A stretch of 64,000 nt of DNA from Mucilaginibacter sp. (GCF_041088075.1 NZ_JBGCVY010000049.1:25203-89202), one strand, 5' to 3'. Counted from the stretch's first letter, positions 27,575 to 37,365 are shown. Notes: generated from the letters alone by a model not told the origin. Program-made: numbers and translations.

Positions 27575-28309
27575 ATGATCGTGAGTTTAACCATCGTCCG
27601 TTACCCAAAAGCATTTGTCCCGCTGGCGCTGATGGCGATGGCGATACTTCGTTTACCGATGCTTTTTCAGCGTAAATGTTCTTTTTATAAATTGATGGGC
27701 AGCGGCAAAAACGGCACTTTCGATTTTCATCCCGACTGGCAACAATGGGCTTTGCTGGCCGTTTGGGAAGATGAGGAAAGCTTCAACCGTTTCGACCAAA
27801 ATTCCTTTGTTTCGAAGTGGTGGAAAAATTTAACTGCCGAAAAATGGACGGTTTTGCTTCAACCCATCCAAACACATGGCAAATGGGACAAACAGGAACC
27901 TTTTGGCGAACCCAACTTAACTGATTATCAAGGGCCAATTGCTGTTTTGACCCGCGCCACCATCAACTTAAACCGTTTAAAAAACTTTTGGCAAAATGCG
28001 GCCAATATTGCTTCGATCATGACTTCCGCGCCGGGTTATATTACGTCGCTGGGCGTTGGCGAAGACCCGTTTTTGCACCAAGCCACCATTTCTTTTTGGC
28101 AAGATTTGGAAGCAGTGAAAAACTTTGCCTACCGCTCGCCGAAACATGTAGAAGTGATCAAAAAAACGCGCAGTGAAAACTGGTACAGCGAAGAACTTTT
28201 TGCCCGTTTTGTTCCTTTAAAAGCTTGGGGAACGCTGCGCGGAAAAAACCCGTTGCAAGGTTTTGTTGATGATGCTGCAACGAAAAACGATGCTTCTTTT
28301 ACCGGCTAA
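27575..28309 (+). CDS. DUF3291 / spheroidene-monooxygenase-like family protein (assignment uncertain)
   Basis: 244 aa; N-terminal pattern recalled from that family. The last 7 codons and the stop lie inside a Family-1 L-arm. Confidence 0.45.
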   Translation: MIVSLTIVRYPKAFVPLALMAMAILRLPMLFQRKCSFYKLMGSGKNGTFDFHPDWQQWALLAVWEDEESFNRFDQNSFVSKWWKNLTAEKWTVLLQPIQTHGKWDKQEPFGEPNLTDYQGPIAVLTRATINLNRLKNFWQNAANIASIMTSAPGYITSLGVGEDPFLHQATISFWQDLEAVKNFAYRSPKHVEVIKKTRSENWYSEELFARFVPLKAWGTLRGKNPLQGFVDDAATKNDASFTG

Positions 28310-28318
28310 AAATCAACC
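28290..28318. repeat. Family-1 L-arm containing a CDS stop codon
   Basis: ATGCTTCTTTTACCGGCTAAAAATCAACC; it encodes DASFTG plus the stop. Confidence 0.8.
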
Positions 28319-28344
28319 TAAAACTTTATTTTTAAACTATTTAT

Positions 28345-28590
28345 ATGCGCGTTATTGCAGAATTGCCTCACCCGGAGTTTAAAGTTTCAATTTTTTACAT
28401 GAACGGGAAGTTCATTGCCAAGTTTGAAAAAGGCGTTTTTGAACAAACCTACAAAGTGGCCGAAATGGATTTGACCGACGGCGTAAACAGTGTTTTTGAA
28501 CTGCTGGACGAAGAATTTATGAAAACCGTTGCCAAACGTTTTGAAGAAATGCTGACTGATTTTAGGGCAACATATAAAAGGTATAATTAG
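28345..28590 (+). CDS. Hypothetical protein
   Basis: 81-aa ORF with a protein-like composition. Confidence 0.45.
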   Translation: MRVIAELPHPEFKVSIFYMNGKFIAKFEKGVFEQTYKVAEMDLTDGVNSVFELLDEEFMKTVAKRFEEMLTDFRATYKRYN

Positions 28591-28617
28591 CTTTTGCTGT
28601 CATTCAGGCTGCGCTTT

Positions 28618-28699
28618 GTCATTTCGACCGCAGGGAGAAATCCTCTTCGAAGCGGTTGTTCTGGTTGAAATAGGATTTCTCCCTTCGGATCGAAATGAC
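28618..28699. repeat. Family-2 hairpin repeat
   Basis: GTCATTTCGACCGCAGGGAGAAATCC at 28618-28643 and GGATTTCTCCCTTCGGATCGAAATGAC at 28673-28699. Confidence 0.8.
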
Positions 28700-28710
28700 A
28701 AAAAAAACAA

Positions 28711-29160
28711 TTACTTCGTTTCTTTTTCCTCCTTAATTTCCGGGTGTGGCTGCCCGTTGTGGCAAGTGTTGCAGTTGACGGCCGCCATCGCCATCATGCC
28801 GTCTTCGCCTTTTTTGGCATGAAAAAACTTTTTGTTGATCTTGCCGGTCATGGTAAACATTTGGCGCGCCATTTCTTTTTCGGGTTTGGCATCGCTTGCA
28901 AAATTGAGTTTACGCGGGTTGTCAGCAGAAGCGGCATGGCAGAAATTGCATTTCACGCCTAAAGCACCTTTCCACTCGTCCATCACTTTGCCCAGGTTTT
29001 CTTTGCTGATGTTTTTGGGCAGCACTTTTAAATTGCGTTTGGGCTGGGCAGCGGTTTCCTGCAAATTTGCCGATGCGCCCATGGCGGCAACGGCAGTGAT
29101 CAACAAAGAAAATATAATCGTTTTCGGCTTAATCATTTTGAACGGAATTTGGTGAAGCAA
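28711..29160 (-). CDS. c-type cytochrome (dihaem)
   Basis: Signal peptide plus CNFCH and CNTCH motifs. Confidence 0.7.
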   Translation of the reverse strand: MLHQIPFKMIKPKTIIFSLLITAVAAMGASANLQETAAQPKRNLKVLPKNISKENLGKVMDEWKGALGVKCNFCHAASADNPRKLNFASDAKPEKEMARQMFTMTGKINKKFFHAKKGEDGMMAMAAVNCNTCHNGQPHPEIKEEKETK

Positions 29161-29394
29161 GATAAAGATTAATCGGAAAAATAAAAGCCGGTAACAAAAT
29201 TATCAGAAAACGGTTGGCGCAAACGGTATAGTCAAATTTAAAAAATCGGAACATTTGATGCAGAAAAAACTGCTTTAAACTCCTATCATTGCCTGTTTGA
29301 AAGCTTTTGTTTTTTTACATGAAATTGAAAACGGGATCAGCATTTAAAGCATCAAGGGAAAAGTAAAGCAGCGCAAAAGTAAAATCAACCCATT

Positions 29395-30429
29395 TTGACA
29401 AAACCAATCCTCGTATTAAAATTTGGAACGGCCTCCATTACCCAAAAAAACGGGGAACTGGACGAAGCCGTACTTGCCGAGATTGCACGGCAGGTGGCGC
29501 AACTGCACGGGCAATACAACATTGTGCTGGTTTCTTCCGGTGCGGTTGGCGCGGGCAAACACTTCATCAAAAACTACAGCGGCACCATCAGTGAGCGCAA
29601 AGCGGCGGCGGCCATCGGCAACCCTTTATTGCTGGGCAGGTACGCATACTTCTTTTACCCCTATAAAATCAATATCGCGCAAAGCTTGTGCGAGCGGACG
29701 CATTTTTCTAACCGGAAACAGTTTTTGCAGTTGAAGAAAACGTATGAAGAATTGTGGGCGAACAACATCATTCCGGTTGCTAACGAAAACGATGTTGTAA
29801 GTGATCTGGAACTCAAGTTTTCGGATAATGATGAACTCGCTACGCTGATTGCCGTAGGTTTTGGCGCTTCGTTGTTGCTGTTCAGCACTTCTGTTCCCGG
29901 CGTTTTGGATGCAGATGGAAAAGTAATCCCGAAGATTGAAGTGATTGATAAAAACGCATTGTCTCTCGCCAATAAAGAAAAATCAACTTTAGGTTTAGGC
30001 GGAATGGTTTCCAAGTTGACTTTTGCACGATTGGCCACACAAATGGGTATTAAAGTAGTGATTTTTGGTGTGAGGACAGAAGACGGAATCCTGAATGCGA
30101 TACAGGAAAAAACCGGTACGCTTTGCCTGCCACAAGCTTGTACCATTCCGGCGCGAAAAAAATGGCTGGCCAGCGGCAGTTTAGTTACGGGGCGGTTGCA
30201 GGTTGATGCAGGCGCACAACAAGCTTTGCAAAACGGAAAAAGTTTGCTGGCCGTAGGGATTACTGAAATTATAGAAAAATTTGAAAACGGTGAAGTGTTT
30301 GAGATTTTAGACGGGCAAAACCAGGCTATTGCCGTTGCACGGGCGCGTGTGGCTTCGGATGAAATCCAATTGGATCAAAAAACAGAAAAAGTTACGGTGG
30401 CACATGCGGATGAGATTGTGTTGTTGTAA
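29395..30429 (+). CDS. proB: Glutamate 5-kinase
   Basis: Kinase motifs (VLKFGTASIT, VSSGAVGAG, NENDVV, SDNDELA) and a C-terminal PUA-like domain; TTG start. Confidence 0.9.
   Translation: MTKPILVLKFGTASITQKNGELDEAVLAEIARQVAQLHGQYNIVLVSSGAVGAGKHFIKNYSGTISERKAAAAIGNPLLLGRYAYFFYPYKINIAQSLCERTHFSNRKQFLQLKKTYEELWANNIIPVANENDVVSDLELKFSDNDELATLIAVGFGASLLLFSTSVPGVLDADGKVIPKIEVIDKNALSLANKEKSTLGLGGMVSKLTFARLATQMGIKVVIFGVRTEDGILNAIQEKTGTLCLPQACTIPARKKWLASGSLVTGRLQVDAGAQQALQNGKSLLAVGITEIIEKFENGEVFEILDGQNQAIAVARARVASDEIQLDQKTEKVTVAHADEIVLL
29646..29677. repeat. Family-1 arm-like segment inside proB
   Basis: ATACTTCTTTTACCCCTATAAAATCAATATCG, encoding YFFYPYKINI. Confidence 0.7.
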
Positions 30430-30444
30430 TAACGTTTGATTTTA

Positions 30445-30761
30445 CGTTCTTTTTGCTTGATGAAAAAGAACCAAAAATTCAAGACAAACCCGATCCCTCC
30501 GGGCGTTTTGTCGGGCCTTTCCGCACCTGGGCGGAGACCTGCCGCTTTGGGATATCAGCGGTTATCGTGCGCTTGTTGAACAACCTTTTTAAATGCTTCT
30601 TTTACCGGTATAAATTTGGTGAGATGGAAAGTAGCTTGTTGTTTTTTAGAAACATGCAAGGCCGTTTGCAGATAGCCGCCCAGGAGCGTGGGGCTGAATG
30701 CCGCCCAGAGGCGATCGGCATTCTTGATTTTTTGGTTCTTTTTGATCAAGCAAAAAGAACG
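30445..30761. mobile_element. Foldback (MITE-like) element between proB and proA
   Basis: 40-bp terminal inverted repeats with 38/40 identity (30445-30484 and 30722-30761). Each arm is itself a hairpin (GTTCTTTTT...AAAAAGAAC), and the inverted similarity continues inward. A Family-1 L-arm sits at the centre. Confidence 0.55.
30593..30621. repeat. Family-1 L-arm at the centre of the foldback element
   Basis: ATGCTTCTTTTACCGGTATAAATTTGGTG. Confidence 0.85.
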
Positions 30762-30888
30762 GACAAAAACAGGGCAACGACCCGTTAATTGTCATTTTAA
30801 CAAACCTTTGGTTGATTGATTTGACGTTCCTTTGTATCAAGACCAAAAAACGAACGCAAGCAACTTCTGGTTGCAAACAAAAAATAAT

Positions 30889-32136
30889 ATGCAGACCATC
30901 CAACCACTTTTAGAGAACGCTGCCAAAGCAACCCGTTTCGTCCGAATTTTGGCCGATATACAAAAAAAGCTGTTGCTCGAAAAATTAGCGCAGCAAATCC
31001 AAGCTTCTACCCAGGAAATTATCCGGGAAAACCAAAAAGATTTAGACCGGATGGACGATACCGACCCGAAAAAAGACCGTTTGCTGTTGAACGAAAACCG
31101 CATTCATAATTTGGCCGAAAGCGTTTTTGCGGTTTCTTTGCTCACCGATCCCACCAACCGGATTTTGTCTGAAAAAACTTTGCCCAATGGCTTGTTCATC
31201 CAACAAAAAACCGTTCCGTTGGGCGTTATCGGCATCATTTATGAATCGCGCCCAAACGTAACCATTGATGTTGCCACATTATGCATCCGTTCGGGCAATG
31301 TTTGCGTGCTGCGCGGCGGCACCGATGCTTCTTTTACCAATGTTTTTTTAGTCTCGCTGATCCGAAAAGTGCTGGAAGGTTTCGGGCTGGATCAAAACAT
31401 CGTGCAGCTTTTGCCAACTGACCGCAAGTTCATTATGGAAATGCTCACGGCGGTGAAATACATTGATGTTATCATTCCGCGCGGTTCGCAACAACTGATC
31501 AATTATGTGCGCGAACATGCCAAAGTTCCGGTCATCGAAACCGGTGCCGGCGTTTGCCACACTTATGTTGAACGTACGGCTGACTTGGAAAAAGCTACCG
31601 CCATTGTGGTGAATGCAAAAGTTTCACGCCCGTCGGTCTGTAATGCGTTGGATACCATTTTGGTGGATGAAAACATTGCCGAAAAACTACTGCTAAAAAC
31701 AGCATCGCAATTCAAGGAGTTTCAGGTAGAGATTTTTGCGGACGAACGCGCCTTTGCCATCCTCAAAAACAACAATTACCCCTACTTGCAACAAGCAAAA
31801 CCGGAAGACTTTGGCCGGGAGTTTTTGGATTTTAAATGCTCTGTAAAAATAGTATCCGGTTACGAAGAAGCGCTGGGACACATTGTACAGTTTTCCTCCA
31901 AACATTCGGAAGCCATCGTTTCGCAAGACCAAAACCTGTGCGAAGCCTTTTTAAACGACGTGGATGCCGCTGCCGTTTACGCCAATGCTTCCACCCGTTT
32001 TACCGACGGCAGCGAATTTGGCCTGGGTGCCGAAATTGGTATCTCTACCCAAAAACTACATGCCCGCGGCCCGTTTGCCCTGGAAAAACTGGTTACGGAG
32101 AAATGGGTTGTGCGGGGCGATGGGCAGGTGCGGTAG
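30889..32136 (+). CDS. proA: Glutamate-5-semialdehyde dehydrogenase
   Basis: Motifs IYESRPNVT, VCNALDT and NASTRFTDG. The ORF is open from 30832, but that extension overlaps repeat sequence. Confidence 0.9.
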   Translation: MQTIQPLLENAAKATRFVRILADIQKKLLLEKLAQQIQASTQEIIRENQKDLDRMDDTDPKKDRLLLNENRIHNLAESVFAVSLLTDPTNRILSEKTLPNGLFIQQKTVPLGVIGIIYESRPNVTIDVATLCIRSGNVCVLRGGTDASFTNVFLVSLIRKVLEGFGLDQNIVQLLPTDRKFIMEMLTAVKYIDVIIPRGSQQLINYVREHAKVPVIETGAGVCHTYVERTADLEKATAIVVNAKVSRPSVCNALDTILVDENIAEKLLLKTASQFKEFQVEIFADERAFAILKNNNYPYLQQAKPEDFGREFLDFKCSVKIVSGYEEALGHIVQFSSKHSEAIVSQDQNLCEAFLNDVDAAAVYANASTRFTDGSEFGLGAEIGISTQKLHARGPFALEKLVTEKWVVRGDGQVR

Positions 32137-32158
32137 GAAGTGGGGTATATAACTTTTT

Positions 32159-32187
32159 ATGTTAGATTTTACTATAAAAACCATTAC
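32159..32187. repeat. Degenerate Family-1 L-arm at the left edge of the AT-rich islet
   Basis: ATGTTAGATTTTACTATAAAAACCATTAC; gapped similarity only. Confidence 0.35.
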
Positions 32188-32241
32188 ACTTATGCCATTG
32201 TAACATTATTAAATAAACTTTTGTATAACTAAAGTTGTTAA

Positions 32242-32249
32242 TATATTTG
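32242..32249 (+). promoter_or_regulatory. Candidate Bacteroidota -7 box (TATATTTG) with TTTG at 32220-32223
   Basis: Matches TAnnTTTG, with an upstream TTTG after an 18-nt spacer. Confidence 0.3.
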
Positions 32250-32283
32250 TTTATCTCATTAACCAGGATGTTAAAGGAGAAAC

Positions 32284-32320
32284 GAAGCCGTTAAGTTTTC
32301 TTAGCGGCTTCAGCTTTTTT
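32284..32320 (+). terminator. Intrinsic terminator
   Basis: 12-bp stem GAAGCCGTTAAG / CTTAGCGGCTTC (one mismatch), loop TTTT, then AGCTTTTTT. Confidence 0.7.
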
Positions 32321-32335
32321 GTAAGCTTCGTATTC

Positions 32336-32614
32336 TTGCAGCAACCTTCTTTTTTTGTTAGGAAAGGTTGTTACTATGTATGCTATTCAAGAACGATGAG
32401 TACGAATGGTTTCAGACCAGTTGATGGTTTTAAACAACATTTGAATAATTGGATTGCACGATTTAAGTCGGTAAAAACAGTATCGCCCCAACAAAAAGTA
32501 ATTATTCCCGGCGAAGCTGAATTGGATCGAAAAGTAAATGGTATTCTTTTGGTGGATCCGGTGGTTAAAGATTTAAATGAATTGACCGAGAAGTTGTGTG
32601 TGGAAGGGTTATAA
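32336..32614 (+). pseudogene. Remnant of a malate/L-lactate dehydrogenase (Ldh_2) family gene, C-terminal part only
   Basis: The 92-aa ORF resembles only the C-terminal tail of Ldh_2 oxidoreductases (...IPGEAELDRK...GILLVD...); the N-terminal ~250 aa are missing. Recollection-based. Confidence 0.4.
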
Positions 32615-32785
32615 ATTATAAGTTACTTTTTATTGATTAGAAATTTATAGTTCTAAGATCGGAATTGCAAATCACGACAAGTATAAGGGGTTATAGTTAC
32701 AAATCCCATATAATAGATTAATCTTTAACAATTAAAGTATATTTGAAAGACGATGTATTAAAGTTTTAAAATTATTCTCATAATC

Positions 32786-33076
32786 ATGAATTATTCAAAT
32801 ACACAATTAAAAGTAGCAGTAAAATTTCTGGCTGCAGCTCAAGGTGACATTAAAGAAAGACTTTTAATAGCTTTTAACGGAACTTTACACAAACTTAATA
32901 ATGATGATTTTCCTGAAGACCAGAAAGAGGAATGGAAATTAATCTATAATGCTTTGACTACCAGGAATGGTAAAACAGAGAGTGTAGAAGAAATATTAAG
33001 GGAATTAGATTCAGAAAAATGCGTAGAAATTGCAAAAATGATTTGCATATTGTGTTTTAAAGATTGTGTAAAATAA
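32786..33076 (+). CDS. Hypothetical protein (AT-rich islet)
   Basis: 96-aa helical ORF. Confidence 0.4.
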   Translation: MNYSNTQLKVAVKFLAAAQGDIKERLLIAFNGTLHKLNNDDFPEDQKEEWKLIYNALTTRNGKTESVEEILRELDSEKCVEIAKMICILCFKDCVK

Positions 33077-33125
33077 ATTATGTTATGAATTAAAAACGTT
33101 ATTATGCTGGTCAGGATAAGTAATT

Positions 33126-33248
33126 CTAATTATCAAATACAAATGCGTGACTTGAGGTAAAGAAAAGTATAGCCAACAAAATAAGTACAACTACAGCCAT
33201 AATTGTTGAATGTAGCTTTAGTGGTTTTAAAGAACTCCAATTAACCAT
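33126..33248 (-). CDS. Possible 40-aa single-TM peptide
   Basis: Hand-translated as MVNWSSLKPLKLHSTIMAVVVLILLAILFFTSSHAFVFDN. Its ATG lies 1 nt after the stop of the upstream zinc-ribbon ORF. Confidence 0.25.
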   Translation of the reverse strand: MVNWSSLKPLKLHSTIMAVVVLILLAILFFTSSHAFVFDN

Positions 33249-33249
33249 A

Positions 33250-33498
33250 TTAAAATTTATAATGAATTATAAGTACGATTAATATTATGGCAACTATCCA
33301 TAAAACAACAATGCTTTGTATAAGTCTTCCTTTGTTAATAGAAAAAGCACAATCTTCACAGACACTTCTCAGTCCCGTATTTGTTCTCGTGCTGTAACTT
33401 GTTCCACGTTTACCATAATAGGTGCCACTTGATTGTCCTGTTATTACGCTTCTACGATAATTAGCACCATATCGTCCACAATTATAACAAGAAGCCAT
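33250..33498 (-). CDS. Zinc-ribbon protein with C-terminal TM anchor
   Basis: CxxC (CYNC) ... CxxC (CEDC) followed by a hydrophobic tail (IVVLWIVAIILIVLII). Confidence 0.45.
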   Translation of the reverse strand: MASCYNCGRYGANYRRSVITGQSSGTYYGKRGTSYSTRTNTGLRSVCEDCAFSINKGRLIQSIVVLWIVAIILIVLIIHYKF

Positions 33499-33775
33499 AG
33501 TAAAGTATGTAGTTAGTTTAAAAAAAGTGTAGCGTAGCTAAATTAAAAAATATTAATTAAAGAACGGTTAAAAATGTTATCTGCAAAAACTAATGTAAAA
33601 TGATTTTAAATCTATTTAAGTTAAAAAATAACACCCTACTGGTCGAATTTCATAATCTTGTTTTTTGAATCATGATCTACGAATCAGTCTATTAATTCAT
33701 AAGATTTTCATCCTGATCTATTTCCAACTAACTATTCTTTAAAATACAAAAGATGTAACCTCTCCGATTATACCT

Positions 33776-33804
33776 TTTATATTTTACACCGATAAAAGAA
33801 ACAT
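33776..33804. repeat. Family-1 R-arm (1 mismatch) at the right edge of the AT-rich islet
   Basis: ...TTTTACACCGATAAAAGAAACAT, 3 nt from the lepB stop. Confidence 0.6.
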
Positions 33805-33807
33805 TCC

Positions 33808-34920
33808 CTACTTAATCCCCATAAACAACCTGCTCCACCGAATCTTGTGCATAAAAGAAGCATTCTCGTCCCAGCTCATCCACACAAATAAAGCTTTGCC
33901 TACAATGTGGTCTTCGGGTACAAAACCCCAGAAACGGCTGTCTAACGAGTTGTGGCGGTTATCGCCCATCATCCAGTAATAATCCATTTTGAAGGTGTAC
34001 TGGTTGGTTTTGGTGCCGTTGATGAAAATATCGTTGCCGCGTTTTTCCAGCTTGTTGTTTTCGTACAGTTTGATGGCGCGTTCGTAGATCATGTAATTCA
34101 GCGAATCCAGCGTAACCGTCCAGCCTTTTTTCGGGATAATGATCGGGCCGTAATTATCCACGTTCCATTTCAAACGGGTATCGTGCGGAAAAACCTGCAA
34201 ATCGGCCTGGCCCGGCGGCTGGATATAAGGCGCAATGTAAGTGATGTTGGAGTACGATTTTAAAATGGGCACACTGGCGCGCGGCATAATCCATTCCAAA
34301 TCGGTGGCGTTAACCTGGCCATGCGAAGGATCAATATGCAAATCGTACAAAACTTGCGGGTTTAATTCCTGACCGTTGGTGCGAATTAAGTAAGAAGTCT
34401 GGCTTTCGGACGGCGTTTCGGCTGCTTTTCCGTTTACATAAACCTGCGTATTGATGAGTTTCAACGTATCGCCCGGCGTTCCCTGGCAGCGTTTGATGTA
34501 GTTTTCGCGCTTATCCACCGGGCGGTACAAAGGCGAGTCGGCATCCATCGGATAATTAAAAACAACGACATCACCTTTTTTAACATGACTGAATCCCGGC
34601 AAACGGTAATAAGGCAATTTCACGCCGTCCCAGTAGGATTTGATGTCGAACAGCGGCATGGTATGATGGGCAAACGGAAAAGAAATCGGTGTCATCGGTG
34701 TGCGTGCGCCATAGTTTACCTTGCTTACAAACAAGAAATCGCCAACCAGCAGCGAGCGTTCCATGGATGGCGTTGGAATGGTAAATGCTTCGATAAACAA
34801 ACCACGGATCAACGTAGCGGCGATGACGGCAAACACAATCGCATCAATCCATTCGCGCGTGGCGCTTTTCTTTTTTTTCTTGGTATCGGCAGCAGTTTTG
34901 TTCCAGAATCTCCAACTCAT
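33808..34920 (-). CDS. lepB: Signal peptidase I
   Basis: S26 motifs [27 protein letters not shown]. Confidence 0.9.
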   Translation of the reverse strand: MSWRFWNKTAADTKKKKKSATREWIDAIVFAVIAATLIRGLFIEAFTIPTPSMERSLLVGDFLFVSKVNYGARTPMTPISFPFAHHTMPLFDIKSYWDGVKLPYYRLPGFSHVKKGDVVVFNYPMDADSPLYRPVDKRENYIKRCQGTPGDTLKLINTQVYVNGKAAETPSESQTSYLIRTNGQELNPQVLYDLHIDPSHGQVNATDLEWIMPRASVPILKSYSNITYIAPYIQPPGQADLQVFPHDTRLKWNVDNYGPIIIPKKGWTVTLDSLNYMIYERAIKLYENNKLEKRGNDIFINGTKTNQYTFKMDYYWMMGDNRHNSLDSRFWGFVPEDHIVGKALFVWMSWDENASFMHKIRWSRLFMGIK

Positions 34921-34952
34921 TGTTTCTATTTTGAAGGGCGAAAGTACTGTTT

Positions 34953-35705
34953 TTAAGCGTTAAAATTAAACAGATCGGCGGCTGTAAAGAAACCTTTACG
35001 GTCTTTAACCCACTCGGCGGCCAGCACCGCGCCCAAAGCAAAACCTGAGCGATTGTGCGCCGTATGTTTAAACTCGATGCTGTCCACTTCCGAATCGTAA
35101 ACCACGGTATGCGTGCCTGGAACATTTTCGATCCGGTGCGATTCGATCAGCAATTGCTGCGGCGTAATGCTAAGCGGCGAAGCATCATTCAAAGTGCCCG
35201 AAACCACATTGACCCATGCTTCTTTTACCGGCATATTTTCGATGATGCCTTCGGCGATGGTGATGGCCGTTCCGCTTGGCGCATCTAATTTTTGGGTATG
35301 GTGGATTTCTTCGACCTGAACTTCGTAATCCGGGAAACGATTCATCACTTTGGCCAGCATTTTATTGATATGGAAAAAAATATTCACACCAACACTAAAA
35401 TTGGAAGCGTAAATCAGGGAAGCATTGCGCTGCAAACACTCAATTTTAACTTCCTGCAATTTTTCGTACCAGCCCGTTGCGCCAACCACAACCGGAATTT
35501 CGGCTTCAAAACAAAGCGCAATATTGTTTAAAACGGTATGCGGCGTACTAAATTCGATCGCAACGTCTGCTTTTTGCAGGTTTTCTAAAGTTAGTTCCTG
35601 CAAATTATCATGATCAATTTTCAGAACAATTTCGTGTTTGCGCTCCAGGGCAACCTGCTCGATCATCTTGCCCATTTTTCCGTATCCGAGTAAAGCTATT
35701 TTCAT
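34953..35705 (-). CDS. dapB: 4-hydroxy-tetrahydrodipicolinate reductase
   Basis: Motifs GYGKMG and [15 protein letters not shown]. Confidence 0.9.
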   Translation of the reverse strand: MKIALLGYGKMGKMIEQVALERKHEIVLKIDHDNLQELTLENLQKADVAIEFSTPHTVLNNIALCFEAEIPVVVGATGWYEKLQEVKIECLQRNASLIYASNFSVGVNIFFHINKMLAKVMNRFPDYEVQVEEIHHTQKLDAPSGTAITIAEGIIENMPVKEAWVNVVSGTLNDASPLSITPQQLLIESHRIENVPGTHTVVYDSEVDSIEFKHTAHNRSGFALGAVLAAEWVKDRKGFFTAADLFNFNA

Positions 35706-35807
35706 TTTTTTAGGTATGGGGTTTGAGGTATCAGCCCTGTAAATTTATCTGTTTTAATGATTGTTTAAAGTCGGTTGCAGTGCTCATACCTGATACCTCT
35801 TACCTCT

Positions 35808-36446
35808 TCACCTCAGCTTCACCGTTACTTTCAATCCGGGAACAAAACCACCGTAAGCAAACGCTGGCAAACTGAGCATCGTTGGCGTAACCTTAAAACC
35901 CAAATTGTTGTCCATCGTGTACGAATGCTGGAACTTGGCCGCGATATAAGCATCAATGGCCTGTATTCCCCAAAAAGCAACCGTACCGATGATGGTTAAA
36001 TCGCGGTTGCGGTGATAAAAATCTTTAAAAACAAGGATCGTCGCATTTTGACCGTTATAAATAGGATCTACTTTTCCTCCAACAGATTGGATTTGTGCCA
36101 CCTTTAAATACTTTTTGTAATTGGTTTGCGCCACATAATACGAATAACCTAAGCCAACAAACCCGCCATAAACAATGGGTAGTTTCCAATATTGGTGGTT
36201 GTAAATTTGCCCTAATCCCGGAAATACCAAAGATTTAATGACCGCTTTATGCGGGCTGTGCGTACTGTCCGGGTGGTAAACTTTATCTTTTGGCTGCTCG
36301 TTTTTGGGCTTAAAAGGCGACAAAACGGTTGTGGTATCACCCGTAACACTCACCGTATCGCGGCGGTTTTTGCGTGGTTTTTTTTGGGCATGAAGCACCT
36401 CTGCACAAAAAAACAGCAGTAAAAGAAGTATCAGGGATTTGTACAT
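35808..36446 (-). CDS. DUF5683 domain protein
   Basis: Motif PGLGQIYN; conserved position between parB and dapB in Bacteroidota. Confidence 0.65.
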   Translation of the reverse strand: MYKSLILLLLLFFCAEVLHAQKKPRKNRRDTVSVTGDTTTVLSPFKPKNEQPKDKVYHPDSTHSPHKAVIKSLVFPGLGQIYNHQYWKLPIVYGGFVGLGYSYYVAQTNYKKYLKVAQIQSVGGKVDPIYNGQNATILVFKDFYHRNRDLTIIGTVAFWGIQAIDAYIAAKFQHSYTMDNNLGFKVTPTMLSLPAFAYGGFVPGLKVTVKLR

Positions 36447-36447
36447 T

Positions 36448-37365
36448 TTACCAGTCGAGCATTTCCAGTATGCGGTTCAAATCGTCTTCAGACAAAAACG
36501 GGATTTCGATGCTGCCTTTTCCGTTTTGCCCCACTTTTAGTTTTACCGGAGAATTGAACTTGGAAGCCAGATCAGATTGTATCTTTTGCGCCTGAAAAGA
36601 AGGTTTAGGGCTTGGTTTGCCAATGCTGTTTTTAGCAGGTGTTTTTTGGAGTTCGCGCACCAGTTCTTCCACTTTACGCACCGATAAACCTTTTTCAATA
36701 ATCTGGTGATGGATAAAAAGCAGTTTTGCCGCATCTTCCACGTTGACCAAAGCGCGGGCGTGGCCCATTGTAATTTGCCCGTCGCGAATGGAAGATTGTA
36801 CCACCGGCGGCAATTTTAACAAGCGCAAATAATTGGTAACGGTTGATCGGTTTTTGCTAACGCGCTCGCCCAGTTCGTCCTGCTTTAAATTACATTCGTC
36901 AATCATCCGCTGAAAACTCAACGCCATTTCTATCGCGTTCAGGTTTTCCCGCTGGATATTTTCGATCAAAGCCATTTCCAACATCTGCTGATCGTTGGCG
37001 GTGCGCACGTAAGCCGGAATTTCTGTTAAACCAGCTATTTTAGAGGCACGCAAACGCCGTTCGCCGGAAATTAATTGGTAAGAACGCACGCCGGTTTTAC
37101 GAACGGTAACCGGCTGGATCAAACCCTGGACAGAAATTGAATCGGCCAGTTCCTGCAAAGCCTGCTCGTCAAATTCTGTTCTTGGCTGAAAAGGGTTTAC
37201 TTCGATCTCACTGATTTTAACGGCGTTAACCGATTTTAAACCTTCCGTTTCCGGCGCGGCAACAATCGGGGTTGCTTTTTTTGCAGCCGTTCCGTTTACA
37301 TAATCCGAATCGTTTAGCAAAGCGCCTAAACCTCTTCCCAACGCATTTCTCTTATCTGCACTCAT
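36448..37365 (-). CDS. parB: Chromosome partitioning protein ParB
   Basis: Motifs [20 protein letters not shown] and an HTH. Confidence 0.9.
   Translation of the reverse strand: MSADKRNALGRGLGALLNDSDYVNGTAAKKATPIVAAPETEGLKSVNAVKISEIEVNPFQPRTEFDEQALQELADSISVQGLIQPVTVRKTGVRSYQLISGERRLRASKIAGLTEIPAYVRTANDQQMLEMALIENIQRENLNAIEMALSFQRMIDECNLKQDELGERVSKNRSTVTNYLRLLKLPPVVQSSIRDGQITMGHARALVNVEDAAKLLFIHHQIIEKGLSVRKVEELVRELQKTPAKNSIGKPSPKPSFQAQKIQSDLASKFNSPVKLKVGQNGKGSIEIPFLSEDDLNRILEMLDW

Noticed and set aside
30453-30788. 111-aa ORF spanning the proB-proA spacer
   Set aside because: It coincides exactly with the foldback repeat, and its sequence is repeat-encoded and of low plausibility. It is most likely spurious.
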